A DNA stretch of 62,654 bases, filler included, from Choristocarpus tenellus KU-1152 (Eukaryota; Protista; Phaeophyceae), in NCBI GenBank assembly GCA_964200185.2. It is 10 parts of 10 records of this genome, joined end to end, with 100 filler letters (N's around TTAATTAATTAA, not from the genome) between each part and the next. Parts side by side here need not be neighbours in the genome. Positions count along the whole stretch, not along the records: positions 1 to 12,690 come from CAXNAD020001738.1; positions 12,791 to 20,488 come from CAXNAD020005735.1; 8 more parts are not named here. One strand, 5' to 3'. Made by a program: the position numbers and the translations under genes. This document shows, piece by piece, positions 1-13,698 of this stretch (positions are counted from its first letter, which is position 1; the number at the start of each line of letters is the position of its first letter). The notes under the pieces were generated by a model. It was not told where the DNA came from and did not search any database. It saw nothing but the letters and a program-made list of their open reading frames with translations.

Positions 1-827
1 GGGGGGAATTGTCCATTTTTCTGGAGGATGTGGAATGTGTAAGGATGAATTGGTTTTGAGCATGTGTATTTGTTTTCTGATGCAGTTGACTTGTTGGGAA
101 CATGATTTTGTTTTGATAATAGAGTACTTTTTTGTTGTTCTATTTTTACGTTAAAAAAAAAATGTTGTGCGTATGAGTGATTTTGATGTGTTTTTTTTGT
201 TCTTGGTCTGAAAATTCAAAATTCAAAATAGGTGTATAGGTTGGTTGTATTTTTTTACGAGAACTTGAGATCAATAGTGCCATTGACAAGTGAGGATCTC
301 GTTTAAGATTAATTTTGAGAAAACGTACACACTTTGCAGATAGCTGTTTTGTAGCCTTTGGAGAGTTTTGTTGTGTATGTGTCCAATATGATCCGATACT
401 TTTCCTGACTGCTGAGGGACTTCCAGCACTTCTGTTGTTATTGGCTGTTTGGGGGGCTAGGGTTAGGGCTAGATTCAGCATTGTGGATGTTTTATCGGCA
501 TATATAAATAGATCATTTACATACTGAAGTAAAATGGCACCAACTCTGTAATGATATTCTTGTGGTTTCATAAAAAAAATAATAATAATAATATTCTGGT
601 GGTTTCATACAGAAGGGAAAAGGTGAGAAAAACAATGTGTGGTTTGTTCTACTGTTATTTTACATGATGCCTCTGAAATATGTTTTATTTTTATACGTAT
701 GTACGCCTGCCCATGTTTGTGGCCTATTCTATCTATCCTTATCATGCACACTATCTGATGTACATGCACATAATTATGTAGATGTAGTTGGTAAGAATAC
801 ACACGCCTGAATGATTGCTCGCTTCTA

Positions 828-863
828 TGCACACACACACACACGCACACACACAAACACACT

Positions 864-897
<34 letters not shown>
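828..897. repeat. Compound microsatellite (AC)n/(AGAC)n
   Basis: Directly visible. Confidence 0.9.
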
Positions 898-988
898 AAA
901 TGTCCTCAACATGTGAAGAGGTTATTGATACATACATACACTCTGTGCATTGATAGCTGGGTTATCTGTTTAACCCTTTTATGTACAG

Positions 989-2327
989 GACCGCTGCCAT
1001 CGCATTGGGCAAACTAAGCCGGTCACAGTGATAAAGCTGGTGGCACAAGGGACTGTGGATGAGAATATATATCAGTTGGGGGAACGAAAAAAGCTGCTGA
1101 ATGATGCCGTGCTCAATGACAATCAGTCAGGCGGGACTGATGATAGTGACTCTGTCTCTGGTATGTGTATGTGGGGGGGCGGGGGGGGGGGGAAGGGGGT
1201 GGCCCTATATTATTGTGTCTTAACATTTGTTAGATTAATACCTTACTTGGTTTTCCATTATTTTGTGTGGGATTGTTTTGTTGCATACGATCCATGCACT
1301 ATAATGCGTGAGGGTGATTGTGCCCTGGACGGTTTGTTCAAGACAGAGTCACTACATAGTCTACTCCGCCATTATTGATTTTCTCGAATGGAATATCTAA
1401 AACTCTGTTGTGGAAGTGGGTTGTGGAAGTGGGTTACCATGCGAGTGCGTGTGGTGAAGGTGTTTCCTTTTTTTTTTTTTATCAAACTACACACGTGTGT
1501 GTACACATTGGTGATACAAACTCCAAGGCTCCCTCATGCACGCGGTATGATGAAAATGTATAAAACAAAATGGAGATGTATTTTTCTGTTGGAGGGTTGC
1601 TGGGGACAAAACAGAGGTCTGGAGTATTTGATCGAAGTGTGTGCTTTTGGTGCCACTCTTTCAAAGCAACAGCCTTTTGCTACTAATGTCGATGTTTGAG
1701 GAAGGGATGCTACTGAAAAATGTAGCTTTGAAAAAATCATTTCCTCTGACAACATCACCAAATTACATGTATAAACATACACGAAAAATGTGTTTATGTT
1801 GTGCAACTACTACATAGCATATTCCAAACGTATTGACTCAAAGTACCTGGGGAGGGGGGGTCTACACCAGGGTGTCCATTCAGGCCCTGACCAAGAGAAG
1901 TGAATTTACATTATCAATCCGACATATGCAACCAAATCACACAAAAATTGTGACATGGAAAAATGGGTCCCAAATGGACAGCCCCCCCTCCCCAGATAAT
2001 TTCGGCCATTGATGCATTTATTTTTGCACAAGTGTGTACAGAAGCTGGCTCCATTCTTGTGGATCTACAATGAACTGCATATTCCCCTATTGGTATCTCA
2101 TGTCTGTATGTCTCCCTACCTGCTCATAGAGTCCAGACTCCTCCCCCTGTACCTTGAATTTGCCGTTGTTAGGTATTCTTAAGCAGGCCATCAGGGGTCA
2201 CCTGTCCCACGAGGGGCAATACAAGGGCTCTAGAAAGGTGGCAGTGAGTAGTAGGAAGAGTAAGGGAAATGAAAAAGGAAAAGACAAGGGTAAGGCGGCA
2301 AAACAGCGAAAGTGCAGCAGGCCGTGA
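989..2327 (+). CDS. SNF2-family helicase (SMARCAD1/Fun30-like), last two exons (989-1160, 2173-2327)
   Basis: AG|exon reads DRCHRIGQTKPVTVIKLVAQGTVDENIYQLGERKKLLNDAVL (SNF2 motif VI and downstream helix). Phase-1 GT..AG intron joins to GILKQAIRGHL...SRP*. Confidence 0.85.
1835..2007 (-). mobile_element. MITE family A, full copy, 3-bp TSD ATT
   Basis: GACTCAAAGTACCTGGGG...CCCCAGATAATTTCGGCC. Internal sequence is the reverse complement of the copies at 17500, 36506, 48297 and 49857. Confidence 0.85.
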
Positions 2328-4649
2328 GACATGTTTTGTCTCTCAGTTGCCTAGACCTACTACTATAGGTTGACCTTCACAGTGGTGCATGATACGCTCT
2401 TGAGCAGTAACTACAGTAGCTTGAGCCTTTTTTTTTTTTTAATTCCTAGCACCGCCTCCCACCAAAAGCAGGTGCAAAAAATGAGCTATGTTTAGCTTTG
2501 ATGACTGACATGAAGAGGAATTTAGAGTTCGGGGTGTGGATGGTGAAGTGACATGAAGTGACATGAAGTGCTTTAGCGTGTGGGTGTGGGGTGGGTGTGT
2601 GGGTGTGTGTGTGTGTGTTCCTGGCTGTTGTTGTAGTGGCTACCCTGAGTATGACTGTTTCAGGGCTTTTTCAATGAAGCAACCCTGTCTTCATCGTCAT
2701 GCAGGTTGTCTTGCTTGCCCCTTTTGCAGAAAAGGTTTGTTGTCTCAAATTATCTCGTCAAGTGTTTGTTTGGGGTAGTGATATGATTTTTCTTTCTGGC
2801 ATAGTAGTATTATTACCATGATTGTATCGTGGTCACCTAGAAGGATATGCCTACTACTGCTTACATACCCAGGGGTAGTTTACACAGGCGTATGAGAAGG
2901 TAGAAAAAAAATATGCTTTTGTTCCTTGTTTTTGTGTTGTGCCCCTTACTCTCTGTGGATTACTGCCTGGTTTGAGGTTGAAGGGAGAGGAGTGACTTTG
3001 TTCGTGTTCTACCTGTTTTGCTGCATCTTCTTGTGCAGCTTTTATGGTATTGTTATGTTGTCCCCTTCCCACCTGGCCTGCATGGAGTTCTCATGTTAGG
3101 ATTTTGGATGCGTGTTGAAGTTCTCCTGTAATTACCGAGGTGTTCTGAGCTTTGTTTGCCTATCCACGGTCACAAGTAGGGACAGTAAGAGGTGGTCGGG
3201 AAATATCATTGACGGCAGTTTGAACAGGTGGCTATCTCTAGCTAGTGTCTCCCTTTTTGTTGTGCTTTGTTCTCTTGGGCGAGGAGTGATTCTGTTCTTT
3301 GTATATGATGCGATGCAATGCGATGATATTGGTCATTTGTGCGGACATGCACGTCGTGTTTTTTGTTGCTTTATTAATAATGGAAGGTGTTGGGAATATC
3401 GATAACTCCTTCGCACATTATTTTATGTTCACTAATGATATGCAAATGTTGACAAAACACATGCAAAGAATCAGATACAAGGGCAGGGAAGCGGAAGGAC
3501 TGATGATGAGGCCGTTAGGTTTGAACGAAATGATTAAGAACATGCAACAGGTAGGGGTGTCGTTTACTCTTTAAGCTGTTACAGTTTTTCGAGGTGGTTT
3601 TTCCCTGCTACGAGCACTCAGTACGGGAACTAGTAACAATGTGTCTTAAGTAGTAGTACTGTGTCTACTGCTCCAGTGTATACATTATACAAAAAAAAGA
3701 AGCTTAAGGCAATTTCATCGCATGGGTAAACGTGTCTACTGGTGAACACAAAGTAGTCAATTTTTATTTTCTCATCATCTGTCCAGGTCAGCAGACTATT
3801 TGGAGGAAGTAAAAGCTGTGACTTGTGGTAGGTGTGTGCAATCCTCAACAGAGAATAAAATAACTAAATGTCCGACCACTGTGTAGCGTATGTGTTGTTT
3901 GAAGGTGATGTTACTTTAAACCTTGAGGTGGACTCATCAAGGGGAGGGATATTTAGATTTTTTTGTAACTAAGGAGTTCATAATACTTGGTACGTATACG
4001 CCACCAGACCCAGGTAGTGATGAGTTCCACTTACACCTGTATTGTTTATGTCTGTCGACTGTTAATTAATATTCTGAAGTGGTACAAAGTATTTATTATA
4101 GAGATAAAATAGTAAGTTTTTTCTATATCTGTGAACACCTTTGAGAGTACCTAGTTGGGTACACCCACCACTAACAACCTACGTACCCATAACAAGCAGT
4201 GAATGGTGCAATTAATTATAGTAGCAGTATTTATGCCACATCCTTAAGTGCACAACTGATTTATTTATTATTGTAAGTGGTAAGTGTATGTTGAAATAAG
4301 TGGGAACTAATTTTGATCGACCAGTACTCCCAGTCTATTCATTTCTTGTACAATACAATGTAGATGTGTCTTGTTGTCATTTTGAAACACCTTAGACCTT
4401 ATTCTTTAGAGTCTGCCAAGTGCTGAAAAAAGTTGGGAAAAAAACGATAGTGAGAGGCAAGGGTGACATGACACACCCAGAATCAACATCCCAGGATAGA
4501 TAAGTGCACGAGGGATAAGGATGGCGCAACTTCGGAAATCGTAAGCATCAGTTGATGGCTCTCATACAGGGGACAGCACCAAAGAAACTTTCACCAATGA
4601 AACTTTTAGTAAGACCTCATTTTTTTTCGTCATCAGAAAAAAATGTCGA

Positions 4650-6100
4650 CCACTTCCCAACCCTACCTTGAGAGTAGCAATTGCAGAGCCCCATACCATC
4701 AGAGGATACAGGAAATCTTAATCATGTACCTACCACTGTATCTTCTCTCCTGGGTAGGTTACCATAGCCAACTCTTACCCAGGGCCACAGGAAAACCAGA
4801 GGAGGGATTACTATAGTTACAGCTTGTGTCAAATCCAATCACCTTCACTCGTAACAAGCATACTGATGTCATTTACTTAACAAACTCTGCCGTGAAGTAA
4901 AAATATGACAACCCCCTGAAGGATTGGATCTACGGTTTTGGACCTCTGCAGTTTCCGAGTAGACGAAGATAATACTACCTTGCAGTCCCAAAACATGAGC
5001 AACCAGTCTAACTCTTCTTCAACCTCCAGCAGGATCCTCTCATAAACTAGACATTGGCTAGTGCTACCAACACAGTAATACCATAACACAAGTGCCTAGT
5101 TCCTGCCTGCTGCATACTACCAATTCCATATGGTGAGGCGTCAGCGAAAATGAATGTATCAACAAACCAGAATAGGTAATGGAGAAATATTCCCGAGCAG
5201 GAAATATTTTGAGAAATTTTTACGTATTGCAATACCTCTATCGAAGTAATATCCGCATGGCAAGGTGAAAAAGCTCTGTTCTAAATAGAACAGTTCATCC
5301 AGAAGACCATGGGGAAGGCGTAAGGCAGTTCCTGAGGGTAGAATGTATTGACCTATCAGTTTTTAGTATCCTTGACATGTAGGGCTTGTGTGCAGAAAAT
5401 GCGATCACTGAAACTTTAAGCCTCTGAGGAAAATGATAATTTCCTTCTTGGTTGTCATGGGAGGGAAAGGTAGTAGGGCTATATCTGGTATCCAGTAAGG
5501 TTGTTTATGTATCCTTTGAACTGCTGCAACTGTTTCAAGTGAGGGCATTGGATGAAGCACAGAAGCATTGTGCCAATATTGGCTCCAAACGCTTTAAAGG
5601 TGGTCAACAGAGATACAGAAAGCAGGAGCTTGACTTGTTTAACCTTTGCTATTAAAAATAGCAGTGACAGAAGATATACTCCAAAGGAGAGTTCACTTTT
5701 TTTATGTATGACAACTGAAAAAGTTGTTTGGTACAAAAAGAAACAACTCATCCTTACTTTCTTGAGCCCTTTACTTGCAAAGTCCGAGTTTACGCTTACC
5801 ATTTAACTCCACACACACAAATATTTTAAACAATGTCATGTTTTGGAAGAGATTCAAATCGAAATAGGGTAAATTGGCATGAAACTTGAGTCTATGATGT
5901 ATGAAATTGCAGTAATAATCAACAGTTCCTAGGTTCCACTTACTAGATTGAAATAACAGAAGCACACCACCTCATGAGGATACAACACAAAAATGCTAAA
6001 TAGTCAAATAGTGACATACAAATTATGTAGTGCTGCTGCTATGTCGGTAGAGAACAATCTTCGCCTAACAACTTCAACAAAGTCTTTGATCACAAAAGTC
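4650..6100 (-). pseudogene. Degenerate DIRS-like retroelement pol (RT, RNase H, methyltransferase-like)
   Basis: Minus-strand fragments with frameshifts and stops, in DIRS order: NLPYFDL, GVYLLSLLFLIA, FKAFGANI/SVLHPMPSLE (RT-like); FADASPYGIG (RNase H DAS-GxG); HIFTS...DW...NYSNPS (MT-like DLFAS...NPP). Confidence 0.4.
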
Positions 6101-7979
6101 ATGGTTGAGAAACCGAGGTTTTCCATGCCTGCTAAAGTTATCCAACACCAATTTGACAGTAGGAGTACTTAACATTGGCGATCGTAGTAACACACAGTTG
6201 AGTCCCGACACACTACACAAGAGAAAGAGTGCTGACCCAATATTTCTAACTGATCATCCTACTCAACTCTGTGAATACTCCTTCCCACTAGTACACTCTT
6301 ATCATGAGGTACTGCACTCTAGTCTTCCACAGGAAGTAGTATGAGAGCTGCATGAGCAAAGAGAAATTCTGAAGTGTTGCCTGAAGATCCAAGGCACATT
6401 CGACTTACATACCATCCCATTTGCATGCTTACCATTTTAGAGAAGTGTATGTGCTCTAGGCACTAGCCCTGTGCTGTTAGAGAGCAGTGGTCAGAACAGC
6501 AAAAGGTTGGGGAAAGAAAACATTAGTAAATTTCATCTTGCAAGCAATAATACTTCGAGTTCACTGAAGTGATCTCTACATGATTAATCACCCATCACTG
6601 AGTGAGTAAAATCCAATAGTCATCACTACGATATCCATACCCCTGAACGCCGAAATATGCATACAGTACATCGAAAGTGTTGAATTACAGGGTTGGATTT
6701 AAATCCAGCTAAATAAAATGTCCAGGGTAGCAGAAGCACTCGTCTAATATTGAAAGTAAATCACGGTATACAAGGGGCTACGCACAGCTGATTATTAATT
6801 CAAGACAACAGTTAAGTGCTACTGAGCACAGCAAAGATCAAGAAAAAATTGAAGCATGTGAGCTCAAAACTCTAGGGCGGCGGCTCAGCATAAAGGAAAA
6901 GCACCACGCCCACTCTCGCCGAGCCGGGCGACAAGGGCTAGCGGGATGCCTCAAAACGAAAGCAACCCTAAGGCGCCCAAGTCGGACTTGCTTTACCACG
7001 GGCGTAACGAGCGAGAAGCACTGTTCCAGAGCTAGACCGCGAAGACGGTTTAGCCCCGGGCCTGCCGCCCTGACTTGCTCGTGGCATTGGATAGAAATTA
7101 ACCCTATGTCCAACAATGGTAGTTTTAAAATGGAGAAGCGTCCTGTAAGTTAAATCGAAGCACGAACCTGGAGGTTGTGCCGCCAGGTAGAGTCAATGGC
7201 ATGCGCCTGGAGCATAGCAACAGGTAGAGATCCTATGGTCTGATCCTGAGTGAGTTAATCTTGCATAGATGAGTTGAGCTTTTACATAGTTGGGGAACCG
7301 CCCCAATCAACTCAATACATAAGGTCAGTAGTCCATACTGACATAGTCCAGCCCTTCACACCGGAGCCACTAACTTGAGGGCAACAAAAAGAAGCGCCGT
7401 TGGCTAGTTTTCTGCATCAAGATACCAAAGGCATCTCGACTTGGAATGCGATGGTACGGTACGATAGTCTTCATCATTGGACATGTAAGTGGTGTTGTGG
7501 GTGAGAGTGTGTGGTGTAGGAACTTCGATTGTTGTTGTGTTTTATGAGTGGCGCGCATCGCGCATTTTAATCAGTTTGAAGATACTCTTCCTGTGTTCGA
7601 TAATGTAAGTGACAATATTAATTGTTGGAAATACGGTTCAGGTATGGGGAAGTAGTGCTTCAGAGTATGAACGACTTGGGGGTGAATGAACTTGTTAATA
7701 GTGTTCACTGAAGAATGAAGGTAGATATTGATACCTAGGACTGCTTTGTACGTAATATGATCAAGAATATGGAACGGCTTTACCGATTGGTCTCATGTAT
7801 TATTATCAGATACATGATCTACAAAATTACATTATCAAACCACATTAGTTGTCACACATGATGGATCATGTACCACACTCATTACCATGCATTCTAAGAG
7901 CATACACTCTCAAATTGTCAGGCACAAACATCACATGTAACAGTTCGGCTGATCTCCCACGGTTTTGGATAGCAGGGAA

Positions 7980-8500
7980 GCATCCTCTGGTGAGGAATAT
8001 TCCTTTCCTCCATTATTGCCTTCTTTAAGCGAGGCAGCTTGAATGTGTTGTTCCCCTTCCATGATCTCCTGTAGGATGATCTGCAACATCATATATACCT
8101 TCCCAAGAGTGGCTGGAGTAGGATCTCTGTCGAAGGCACCCTGGACTACACTGATAACTCATCCACCACCATTGAAAGGGTAGCTCAATCCTCGGATGGA
8201 ATTGTTGAAACCCAATGTCAAGAGTTTGAGATCCGGACTGTTTTGCTTATTTTTTCCCCCGCAATTCGTAAGCAAACCAAACATCAACATCTTGGGAAGT
8301 CACTTATTCCCCATACAAGAAACTGACCCAGCAAGTGGGAACCTTCGCTCGAACACAATTGCCTTGATACTCTCACACACAGTCTTCATAATAGCAACTT
8401 TTGCGATAGTGCATTATTAGTGCGTTCCCGTTTGCGGATACCTATCCAGCGGAGGAGGAATTTATAATGTAGTCGAAGTTTCAGATAAAGTGAGACTGAT
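7980..8500 (-). pseudogene. Tc1/mariner transposase remnant, plant/oomycete DD39D-like C-terminus
   Basis: KQNSPDLKLLTLGFNNSIRGL, VDEL..VQGAF, TLGKVYMMLQIILQEIM, GNNTFKLPRLKK match the NSPDLNVLDLGFF...TLxKVFLTLQ...GxNxYKIPHMKK consensus; frameshifted. Confidence 0.75.
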
Positions 8501-9164
8501 GAGATGTTCACGTCATACAATCATACAACAGAACTTCAATCAGTTCAGCTTTGAATATTCGCATCTTAAGCTGAAGTGAGATAGAAGATACCTGAGGTCC
8601 AGCCAAAAAGAACTTGACTGTATTTGCAAAAACTCCAAGGTTTCTGAATCATCCTGCTGATCTCGGTAGTAGTAACTGCATTGACCACATAGTATTCTAG
8701 AGGGGGGGCAGGTGTTCCCGATAATATTGTTATTTTAGTTGCAGTGTGCTGCTCAATACCCATCCTCTGCTCCTCTCATCCCGTTATGGCATTGTCCACC
8801 CCGCACGGATAGCAAGGGTACCTACTCTCCCTACCACAACATTTTGACTCTTCCACCTGCCCTCAGCATCACTTGGGCATATGTAAATATAATCACAGAG
8901 AGTGTGGACGGGCAGATTACGTATCAGCACGGACAGAAGATGAGAGTATTTGGACCATCAAGATATATCGCGATACTGTTACAAAGCACACTAGACGGAA
9001 GATCTATTCTTCATCACCCGCGATCTCGATTTATTTTGGTCAAGGTCTTGTGAGGTCTCTATGGGGTCTATGAATGGAGTTCGTTCAGGGGTAGAAGACT
9101 CTTTTGACATTGTAAACTGGGAGTTTGAACCCAGGGAGGGATCATTGCCCTCTATTGGGGCCCT

Positions 9165-9165
<1 letters not shown>

Positions 9166-9195
<30 letters not shown>
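9166..9195. repeat. (GTA)n microsatellite
   Basis: Directly visible. Confidence 0.9.
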
Positions 9196-10344
9196 AGTAT
9201 TTCTGGTCCCATCGAGAGTGAACCTTCTCCAAGATAATCTACACATTTTGTGTCAATTTCAGAGGTTTAGTGTAAGATTGTGAGGTACAGGTGTGTGCCT
9301 ACCTCCCCAATGTACATACATCCTTATCAAACTTCCAAGATGAAGGTCTGACCTCGACCAGAGTTCGAATCTGGCAATCCTGTCGCTGAATGTGGACGAA
9401 CTGCCACATGATCCATATGAGCATGATCTTTCGTAAGGTAAACATTTTACTATGTGGGTTGCCGATGTATGGAGTATTTCTTTATTACAAATAGTAAGTA
9501 ATAGTTTTCCACACAACTAAAAAATATTACTTACATAGTTACTATCGACCATCCGATTTCTATTCACACAAATTGGATTTTTCTGAAACTCGTACAATCT
9601 CACCTCACCTACAACTATAGAGGCCAAGACTCCCTCCAACTTTTTTGTCCTACCCAATTCACGCCCTTGGGCCCTTTCCCCAACCGTACACCCATAGGTA
9701 ACGTAGCCCCTCGCTCTTTGCTGAGGTCGCTCTGTTCTTTCCATCAGGTCATCCTTCCACCCTCGGGTAGGACATGGTTGTACTGATTGCCGTTCAAGTC
9801 TTTTTAGCCACTTTTATTCCGTGTAGCTTCTCGGTCGATTCGTACTGATAGTGTCAATTTCACTTGTAGGGTGCCCAAACATTGTCCTTCGTCATGACTT
9901 AGGAAGCTTTTTCAGATCCATTGATTAGAAAACCTTTTGAACAATATGCTATGAACATAGAAAAGTCAAAATCCCCATAGGCAAGTTACCCTTCCTGCCT
10001 TCTGGATCGCATCCTCGATATTTTGCGACAAATCGCCGACGATGGGGAATGCATTAAAGCTCTACAATTGTCATTTGACAGTTTTAAGGGTAGCCCTTGA
10101 CTTTCACTGGAATGCGAAAGTTTCACGGGGGATATGCCCCCCATGCCTATGTATCTCGACACGATGGAGAAGTGACTAGGCGTGTAGTGTGTTACATGGT
10201 TCCTCAACCTTGATCTCTGCGAAATCTGATCTCATGAATTCTTTCCTCTTCATCTACTCGCTTTCTTTTGGCCTGGAGTGATTGCGGTTGATGCTTGACT
10301 CTTCTCCTTGGCGTGGCGAAGTACAAGGCTTGGCGAGGCAGATC

Positions 10345-12690
10345 ATGTCTGAAGGGAAACCAATGACGATCAAGGAACGCATGGCAGCGTTAGCCAAGTC
10401 ATCCAACGGAGGAGGCTTCGAACCCACTTCAGAAGGTCGTATTCTATCATCGTGTTGTACCCTGTATGCTGTATGGGTCAGGGATTCTGTGTTCTGTGCC
10501 AGGTTTGAAAGGGATTGTGAGAAACCCTTACGACTTGAGGACGACGGTCAGCAACTGCCTCATGACTAGGCTCACCAACCATCTATGAAGGTCCGATAGT
10601 TGAGAATGTTCAACCTAACAAAGCCATTTGTAGACCGAGAGCTTGGTACAGGTACCTAGCTTTGGCATGACTCTATACTTCCCTCTGCTCTGTCGCAGTC
10701 ACAAAGGAGGTGTCAGCTACTCCCAAATCTGGACAGACTCCACCTGGTGTCTCTGTAGCCAATAAGTTATCCAAGCTGCGAATGGCGAATGCAGGGGGCA
10801 GTTCTGTCCCCGTTGCTGGGTCTAAATCCGGGCCCTCCACTGCTGCTACCAGCAGTAGAGTCGGAACGCGGTCCCCACCTGTGGTCTCCACCCCTTCGGC
10901 TTCTACATCCGTGCCTTTTGGAACTGATGAGGTACCCCGACCTAAGATGGCAGAAGGTGAGGGTGATCTAAATCGCAGAAAGGAGGGCTTACTGTTCTGT
11001 TGTTACAATATTGGGAATAAGCAACCGAGAGGTGCATAAACTACAGACCTGCTATGGAATGATGTTTTGGGTGTGATAACAGCAGCAACCTCCACCTTAC
11101 TAAAGTGCTTAAAGCATCTGTTCATTATTGCATTTTGATCATCTTTATCCCTCCTGGTGAGGAACTAAAGCTGCCTCTTTCCAAGTTGTGTATCCATCCC
11201 AACCCCATATGTCATAGAGTATCATCCCCCCTCCCTATCTCACTGCCAATCCCTCCAACGCTCTGGGAAGATGCTGATGATGGAGCTAATGAAGTGAAGG
11301 AAACTGTTGCTCAAAGGATTGCCAAGCTCAAGACAGGGGTGGCTGCCTACCCACCCCCTCCTGCACATAAGGGCAACATGCCCCGCGGTCCACCAGCAAG
11401 CCTCACATCTAGCCCACCACGGGCACAGGAGGAGGTTTCGGGCCCACCCCCTGCCCCAGCTGCAAAAGGATCGCCGAGGATGTCACCTGGGCTTGCTGCA
11501 AGGATGGAGGTGGGGGTCAAATTGGACTCTGACTTCTGCTTGTGATGTGTTTATTTTCTGTTACATTTTGTAGATGTTTACTAGGGCCCATGCAGGCTTT
11601 TCTCGTATATAATAGTCACATTCTTCTTTCTATCAGTGGTTCTGGGTTTGCTTTAATTCAACAGATACAAAATCGGTACGCCATGTTTTTTCCTTAATGC
11701 CAAATGTGACACGGACTGGATCTGAAGTGTACAACACACACCTTGGCGTGCACACACGCCTCTATTGCAATGGAGAACATTTCTCACATGGTTTTCAACT
11801 AGTGTTTAGGCGTTTTGAATATTCAGTTCCTACCCCCACTTTTGAAAACAATAAAAAAATATACAGCAAATTTCCCAACTGCCTGCTTGACCAACCATGC
11901 TACACTCAACCTCAACCTATGTACATATTCTCTGCCCACCAACTCTCTCTGGGATGGATGGCAAAACCCCCATACACCCTGTTACAATGGCAAAACCCCG
12001 ACGGGGAAATGTGACAGGCCTTGGGGGCCACAGCTGGTGGACAAGGTGCTACTGTGGGAAGTCCACCTGTCTCTGGCGGCATCTCTGACCGCATAAAGAG
12101 GATGGGAGGGGTTGGCATGCCAGGGATGGGAGTGGTTTGCTTGCCGGGCATGGGTAAGGAGAGCAGGAGGAAAGTAGTAGGTAGTCTGTGGAGGGGAGAT
12201 AGGGTGGGGTATTATACATGAATATGTGTGTGTGTATCTGTTGAGTATGTGTACTTGCTCTCTTCATGAAAGGTTCCGACCACATCACAACCCAACAAAT
12301 GATCAAGAAGACACCACACATCACATCACATCACACCACATCACATCACCCCTCAACTATGAAGCCCGTTTAATGAGAAACAAAGAGCGGTACTCATGCT
12401 TGGAATTAATCATTGAAAAGCGCACCCTCAATACATAGCCAAAGTTGGCAGTACCATGATGCAACACCACAGTACCTGCACTTTGGAAAGGAACAACATG
12501 TTGGAGAGGGGAAGGGATGGAGAGGTAAGGAATACTTCAACTGTGGTGCTACATATTTTCCTGGCAATTCCCACAACTGAATATCTTTAACGCATTTTTG
12601 ATGTAGGTGTGATGACAGCAGAGGGCATGAAGGAGTTAAAGGCCCGCAGGGAGGCGATGTTGATGGAGGAGGAAAGGGCAAATCTTGGGG
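10345..12690 (+). CDS. Pro/Ser-rich low-complexity protein, 5' part (about 5 exons), truncated by contig end
   Basis: Exon-like segments MSEGKPMTIKERMAALAK..., VTKEVSATPK...GTDE, DADDG...LAARME, ALGATAGG...MPGMGVVCLPGM, GVMTAEGMKELKARREAM, bounded by GT/AG. Confidence 0.7.
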
Positions 12691-12790
12691 NNNNNNNNNN
12701 NNNNNNNNNNNNNNNNNNNNNNNNNNNNNNNNNNTTAATTAATTAANNNNNNNNNNNNNNNNNNNNNNNNNNNNNNNNNNNNNNNNNNNN
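12691..12790. other. Artificial contig linker N44-TTAATTAATTAA-N44 (also at 20489-20588, 25507-25606, 33205-33304, 42393-42492, 45041-45140, 48491-48590, 54301-54400, 58975-59074)
   Basis: Nine identical 100-bp spacers with a six-frame stop cassette. Confidence 0.98.
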
Positions 12791-12871
12791 TGGATAATGA
12801 AAGTGCACTTTTCCTGGTTTTGGTCTAAATGGACACTCCGGTGTAGACCCCCCCCCCAGATACTTTGGGTC
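12791..12871 (+). mobile_element. MITE family A, 3' half at contig start
   Basis: GGATAATGAAAGTGCACTTTTCCTGG...AAATGGACAC...CCCCAGATACTTTGGGTC. Confidence 0.85.
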
Positions 12872-13158
12872 TCAACCCAAGTCCTGGGCAGGTTTGGGTA
12901 AGGTTAGAAGAGAAGTTGGTGAGACGGACCGAAAATGTTGCAATTTCAAGTACTTTAACAAGTCTGTCGATCCTAATGCTATGTTGGATGCTAGGCTTCA
13001 AGATTAAGCTAGATTCTGGTCGATACCTGGTCAAAAGGATAGGAAACGCTATTTTTTGGACAGGGTTCCTGGAGGAAAGTGTCCCAACGCTAGCAGCCAT
13101 AAAGGCAAGCTCACCACCCTTGGCGATGAACACATGAAGGCTGAACTTGTCGAATATA

Positions 13159-13413
13159 GAATCAGAGTATCTAAGAGGGTACAAGTTTTGCCCTGTTTGT
13201 CCATTTGGGGCTTGGCTTCCCTCAGAGATTTATGACATTTTGCCTACTCCAAAATGTTTCGGAGTAGGCCAAATGTATGCGTTATGAAAAGTTGCGTCCG
13301 GAACAAGGGTATTGACACTTCCTAACAAACACTAGCCAAAATTACATCGAAATCGCAAGATTGGATTTTGGGATTAAATTGACGCGACTCTACCCTCTAA
13401 GATACTTTGGCTC
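13159..13413 (-). mobile_element. MITE family B, full copy, 3-bp flank repeat ATA
   Basis: TIR GAATCAGAGTATCT..AGATACTTTGGCTC; internal hairpin CCTACTCC-AAAATGTTTC-GGAGTAGG. Confidence 0.85.
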
Positions 13414-13698
13414 ATAAGCTGTTCATTGCCACTTTCAACATACCCAACGATTTGACCACTTTGTGCGAGGAGGCAGATAGCTTGAAGTGTTCCTGTCGGA
13501 TACACACCAAAAAAGGCACACAGTCTTCTTGTTTAGCACTGTTGGTATGTGATATTATGGTTTTCAAGTGATGGTTTCGATACTCCCTCAATGCCGCAAC
13601 AAACACTGCTGTCGGATTGCTAGAGCATGCGAAAGGCTCACGTCTCTCATGCTCTTTTGCGTGTATGTATTCACTGCGAACAAGCTCAACGCCCCAAC

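Noticed and set aside
146-571. 141-aa ORF
   Set aside because: T/G-rich low-complexity intronic or contig-edge sequence with no recognisable motif.
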